Below the pieces are notes generated by a model, which ran no database searches, was not told the DNA's origin, and saw only the letters and a list, made by a program, of their open reading frames with translations. A stretch of 1,237 bases of DNA from Naegleria gruberi (Eukaryota), in assembly GCA_000004985.1 (NCBI GenBank), contig GG739486.1. One strand, 5' to 3'. The position numbers and the translations under genes were made by a program. Shown piece by piece: positions 1 to 1,237 of the stretch (position 1 is its first letter; each line of letters begins with the position of its first letter).

Positions 1-2
1 TG

Positions 3-536
3 TCATCAAGCAGGAAACGTGGTGGAAAATTTGGTCAATCAAGACAACAAGGAGGTAATATGAAACAAGGAGGAATGAAACAAGGAAGAATGCAACAAAA
101 TGGTCAATTCAATGAACAACAACAAGGAATGGGACAATCAAATATGCAAACAAATTCTCAACAAGGAAAGCAACAATCCAGAATGCTTAAGGGAAGATTT
201 GGTAAACAACAAGGAGGAATGCAAATGAATAATAGACAACACATGCAACCACAATTAGGTAATCAATCCAACACTGAATCATCTCAACAAAACAATAGAA
301 TGCAAAAAGCAGGTGGAATGAAAAAATCAAGACAACAAGGTAACATGCAAAGAGGAATGAATAGAAGATCAAAGCACCAACAAAATGGTCAACTCAATAA
401 TCAACAACAACAAGAAACTAATCAACAACCAACTAGTAGCTCAACAACAACTGATCAAACTATTCAAACACTTGTTGATTTGAGAAATATTCTTGATTCA
501 ATTAAATCAACTCGTAATCGTAAATTAACAATGTAA
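3..536 (+). CDS. 5'-partial Gln/Asn/Met/Gly-rich low-complexity protein, C-terminal part, with degenerate (K/R)GG(K/R)FG...QQGG(N)M repeats and a non-repetitive 28-aa C-terminal tail
   Basis: The frame starting at base 3 is open to the window start with no in-frame stop: SSSRKRGGKFGQSRQQGGN precedes the first in-window ATG at 60. Bases 1-59 are about 40% GC and continue the same peptide repeat (GGKFGQSRQQGG versus KGRFGKQQGG at 189-222). They are therefore coding rather than the extremely AT-rich 5' UTR expected in this kind of genome. The ORF track gives 60..536 (158 aa); the stop is TAA at 534-536, followed directly by AATAAA. Codon usage (CAA, AAT, GGT/GGA, AGA) is consistent and there is no internal TAA/TAG. 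The product cannot be named from memory; the RGG/FG-like motifs suggest an RNA-binding-type low-complexity region, but that is a guess. Confidence 0.75.
   Translation, partial: SSSRKRGGKFGQSRQQGGNMKQGGMKQGRMQQNGQFNEQQQGMGQSNMQTNSQQGKQQSRMLKGRFGKQQGGMQMNNRQHMQPQLGNQSNTESSQQNNRMQKAGGMKKSRQQGNMQRGMNRRSKHQQNGQLNNQQQQETNQQPTSSSTTTDQTIQTLVDLRNILDSIKSTRNRKLTM
21..347 (+). repeat. Three dispersed degenerate copies of a ~35-42-nt coding unit, at 21-62, 189-222 and 309-347. It encodes GGKFGQSRQQGGNM, KGRFGKQQGGM and AGGMKKSRQQGNM.
   Basis: There is an exact 14-nt match tcaagacaacaagg at 39-52 and at 327-340. The elements ggaaaatttggtcaa (25-38) and ggaagatttggtaaa (193-207) are near-identical. The peptide-level motif is (K/R)GG(K/R)FG ... 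(S)RQQGG(N)M. Confidence 0.7.
63..92 (+). repeat. Tandem 15-nt coding repeat x2 (aaacaaggaggaatg / aaacaaggaagaatg), encoding KQGGM-KQGRM
   Basis: A direct comparison of 63-77 with 78-92 shows 14 of 15 identical bases. Confidence 0.8.
402..413 (+). repeat. (CAA)4 run encoding Gln4 within the Q-rich region
   Basis: The sequence at 402-413 is caacaacaacaa. It is one of many CAA-rich stretches and is short. Confidence 0.6.
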
Positions 537-542
537 AATAAA
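537..542 (+). promoter_or_regulatory. Canonical AATAAA polyadenylation hexamer immediately 3' of the + gene stop
   Basis: The sequence at 534-542 is taaAATAAA, with the stop TAA at 534-536 and AATAAA at 537-542. Eukaryotic genes with very short AT-rich 3' UTRs commonly carry AATAAA close to the stop. Other AATAAA copies on the + strand at 814-819 and 870-875 are probably chance matches in AT-rich sequence. Confidence 0.5.
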
Positions 543-575
543 CATTTAAACAATTTTTGTGAGAATTAAGTTATT

Positions 576-719
576 TTAATTAAAAGAAGAATCGATCTTA
601 AAAAATTCCCAAACTGTCATATCTTTAGTATTCATAACTAGTACATTTTCCTTATTTTTTAAATTATCAACTATTTTTGAATATAATTTACTAAAATGTA
701 TAGAAATACGTCCACCCAT
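576..719 (-). CDS. Candidate small ORF (47 aa): MGGRISIHFSKLYSKIVDNLKNKENVLVMNTKDMTVWEFFKIDSSFN*. It could be a small protein gene or the first exon of a gene continuing beyond a weak splice donor.
   Basis: Hand translation of the - strand gives ATG as the rc of 717-719, an in-frame upstream stop as the rc of 759-761, and a TAA stop as the rc of 576-578. The ORF track did not list it, presumably because it falls below the length cut-off. GC content is about 22% here versus about 14% in the flanking 720-886 spacer and about 15% in 537-575. The peptide is not low-complexity and has mixed hydrophobic and charged residues. No homolog is recognised from memory. A 47-codon ORF could also arise by chance in AT-rich DNA, so confidence is low. 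Confidence 0.25.
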   Translation of the reverse strand: MGGRISIHFSKLYSKIVDNLKNKENVLVMNTKDMTVWEFFKIDSSFN

Positions 720-886
720 TGAAAATCCAATTTTAGTAATCTTTGTTCTTTTTTCAAATTATATTTTTTTTAAAGATTGTAAATTTTTATTTATATAGGC
801 CTATTTATTAAATAATAAAATGAAAATGAATTGATTATTTGAAAATATCATTTAAAACAATTAACAATGAATAAAAGTATTTTTAT
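720..886. promoter_or_regulatory. Extremely AT-rich (~14% GC) spacer. It is the likely 3' UTR and processing region of the 887..1237 gene, and would be the putative promoter of the 576..719 ORF if that ORF is real.
   Basis: A composition count gives 24 G+C in about 167 nt. The spacer contains a T8 run (764-771), a palindromic TATATA (792-797), and an isolated GC-containing 10-bp perfect palindrome ATAGGCCTAT (795-804). Dictyostelid promoters and UTRs are characteristically 85-90% AT with homopolymer runs. Assigning a promoter role here is inference only. Confidence 0.2.
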
Positions 887-887
887 T
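882..887 (-). promoter_or_regulatory. AATAAA polyadenylation hexamer for the - strand gene, overlapping the last base of its stop codon
   Basis: The + strand has tttatt at 882-887, so the - strand reads gatTAAATAAAAATAC. AATAAA therefore begins with the final A of the TAA stop (889-887). Further TTTATT matches lie at 804-809 and 786-791. AT-richness makes any single hexamer weak evidence. Confidence 0.4.
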
Positions 888-1237
888 TAATCAAAGAAAC
901 TATCAGCACTTTGTTGATTATTTGTATTATTATTATTATTAGCAGTGGTAGTAATAGTACTAGTTGTAGTAGTATTTTGATATTCAACAGGGAAATCATC
1001 ATCTTCATTTGTATCTAATGAATATTGTGGTTGATTATTTGATGAATTATTATGATCATTAGACCACATTGAATCATCTTGTTCAAGTGAAGTAATTGCT
1101 TGTTGCTTATTCTTATTTGGAAGTGGTGGTAATGATTTGTTTGTTTGTGTATTATTATTATAATAGGAATCTTCACTTGAATTATATTGATTATTATATG
1201 ATGTAGAATTAATTGAATTATTAGAATGATTAAATGT
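887..1237 (-). CDS. 5'-partial Asn/Thr/Ser-rich low-complexity protein, C-terminal part, ending ...QQSADSFFD*
   Basis: Codon-by-codon translation of the - strand frame shows no stop from base 1237 down to TAA at 889-887. The Met at 1069-1067 listed in the ORF track (60 aa) is internal; the ORF continues upstream to the window edge as TFNHSNNSINSTSYNNQYNSSEDSYYNNNTQTNKSLPPLPNKNKQQAITSLEQDDSMWSNDH.... Composition and codon usage (AAT Asn, ACT/ACC/ACA Thr, CAA Gln) match the + strand gene. A poly-Asn tract is encoded by (ATT)5 on the + strand at 926-940. The stop is followed on the - strand by AATAAA (rc of 882-887). Confidence 0.7.
   Translation of the reverse strand, partial: TFNHSNNSINSTSYNNQYNSSEDSYYNNNTQTNKSLPPLPNKNKQQAITSLEQDDSMWSNDHNNSSNNQPQYSLDTNEDDDFPVEYQNTTTTSTITTTANNNNNTNNQQSADSFFD
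926..940 (+). repeat. (ATT)5 trinucleotide microsatellite inside the - strand CDS, encoding Asn5
   Basis: The + strand sequence at 926-940 is attattattattatt. On the - strand this is (AAT)5, giving NNNNN in ...TANNNNNTNN.... Confidence 0.85.
941..975 (+). repeat. Imperfect AGT/GGT/AGC trinucleotide run inside the - strand CDS, encoding a Thr-rich tract (TTTTSTITTTA)
   Basis: The + strand reads agcagtggtagtaatagtactagttgtagtagta, which is degenerate (AGT)n-like. On the - strand it gives ACT/ACC/ACA Thr codons. Confidence 0.6.

Noticed and set aside
60-62. ATG at 60 as the true initiation codon of the + gene, as implied by the ORF track
   Set aside because: The frame is open upstream to base 3. 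Bases 1-59 are about 40% GC, unlike the extremely AT-rich 5' UTRs of this kind of genome, and they encode a further copy of the GGKFGQSRQQGG repeat unit. The CDS is therefore most likely 5'-truncated by the window, and Met60 is internal.
187-372. A 61-aa - strand ORF (MIFYSFLFACYLVVLIF...) that is very hydrophobic and could be mistaken for a small membrane protein
   Set aside because: It lies entirely antisense to the Q-rich + strand CDS. Antisense of CAA/AAT-rich coding sequence yields TTG/ATT (Leu/Ile/Phe/Val) codons automatically. It has no independent start context, no stop-proximal AATAAA, and composition fully explained by the sense gene. It is a classic antisense artefact.
576-600. The palindromes TTAATTAA (576-583) and ATCGAT (593-598) as possible protein-binding dyads
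   Set aside because: Short A/T palindromes are expected by chance at high frequency in DNA that is more than 80% AT. The sequence gives no evidence of function beyond restriction-site coincidence.
533-640. A GTAAAAT right at the + gene stop (atGTAAAATaaa), a possible 5' splice donor that would let the gene continue past 536
   Set aside because: Candidate acceptors (ttag at 625-628, ctag at 637-640) would give exons that hit stops within 2-7 codons, and a 38-nt alternative at 570 is too short for an intron. The stop plus immediately adjacent AATAAA is the simpler reading.
696-725. A local GC-rich patch (atacgtccacccattg) as a possible tRNA or small ncRNA fragment
   Set aside because: It is far too short and there is no flanking sequence capable of forming acceptor or anticodon stems. 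The patch is better explained as the first codons (MGGRI) of the candidate small ORF.
817-830. aaaatgaaaatgaa as a short tandem repeat or upstream ORF start
   Set aside because: It is only two copies of a 5-6-nt unit in AT-rich DNA. The ATGs are followed by stops within a few codons, so this is not a meaningful feature.
1067-1069. ATG at 1069-1067 as the start of a 60-aa - strand protein
   Set aside because: The same frame stays open all the way to base 1237 and keeps the same N/S/T-rich composition, so this Met is internal to a longer, window-truncated CDS.
1-1237. Ciliate-type genetic code (TAA/TAG = Gln), given the extreme Q-richness and AT content
   Set aside because: No in-frame TAA/TAG occurs across 534 nt of Q-rich coding sequence, where a ciliate would use them abundantly. 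The ORF ends at TAA followed by AATAAA. The standard code fits.

Overview
This window reads as ordinary nuclear DNA from a very AT-rich eukaryote that uses the standard genetic code. Codon usage is dominated by CAA (Gln), AAT (Asn), GGT/GGA (Gly), AGA (Arg) and TTA (Leu), and the intergenic spacers are about 14-15% GC. That pattern is typical of a dictyostelid social amoeba such as Dictyostelium; this is inferred from composition only, with no search run. Two low-complexity protein-coding genes converge on each other, and each is cut off by a window edge. The first is a + strand Gln/Asn/Met/Gly-rich ORF that is open from base 3 and stops at TAA 534-536. The second is a - strand Asn/Thr/Ser-rich ORF that is open from the window end (1237) and stops at 889-887. 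A 350-bp AT-rich spacer (537-886) separates them. Each stop codon is followed immediately by an AATAAA hexamer on the sense strand. The spacer also holds an untracked 47-codon ORF on the - strand (719->576) whose GC content is higher than its flanks. I see no bacterial hallmarks (no Shine-Dalgarno spacing, operon packing, CRISPR repeats, tRNA or rRNA structure) and no recognisable mobile element. The sequence does not support a novel defence system or similar. The points worth a second look are the unusually Met-rich prion-like low-complexity domain with degenerate RGG/FG-type repeats in the + gene, the small unlisted ORF in the spacer, and the coding microsatellites.
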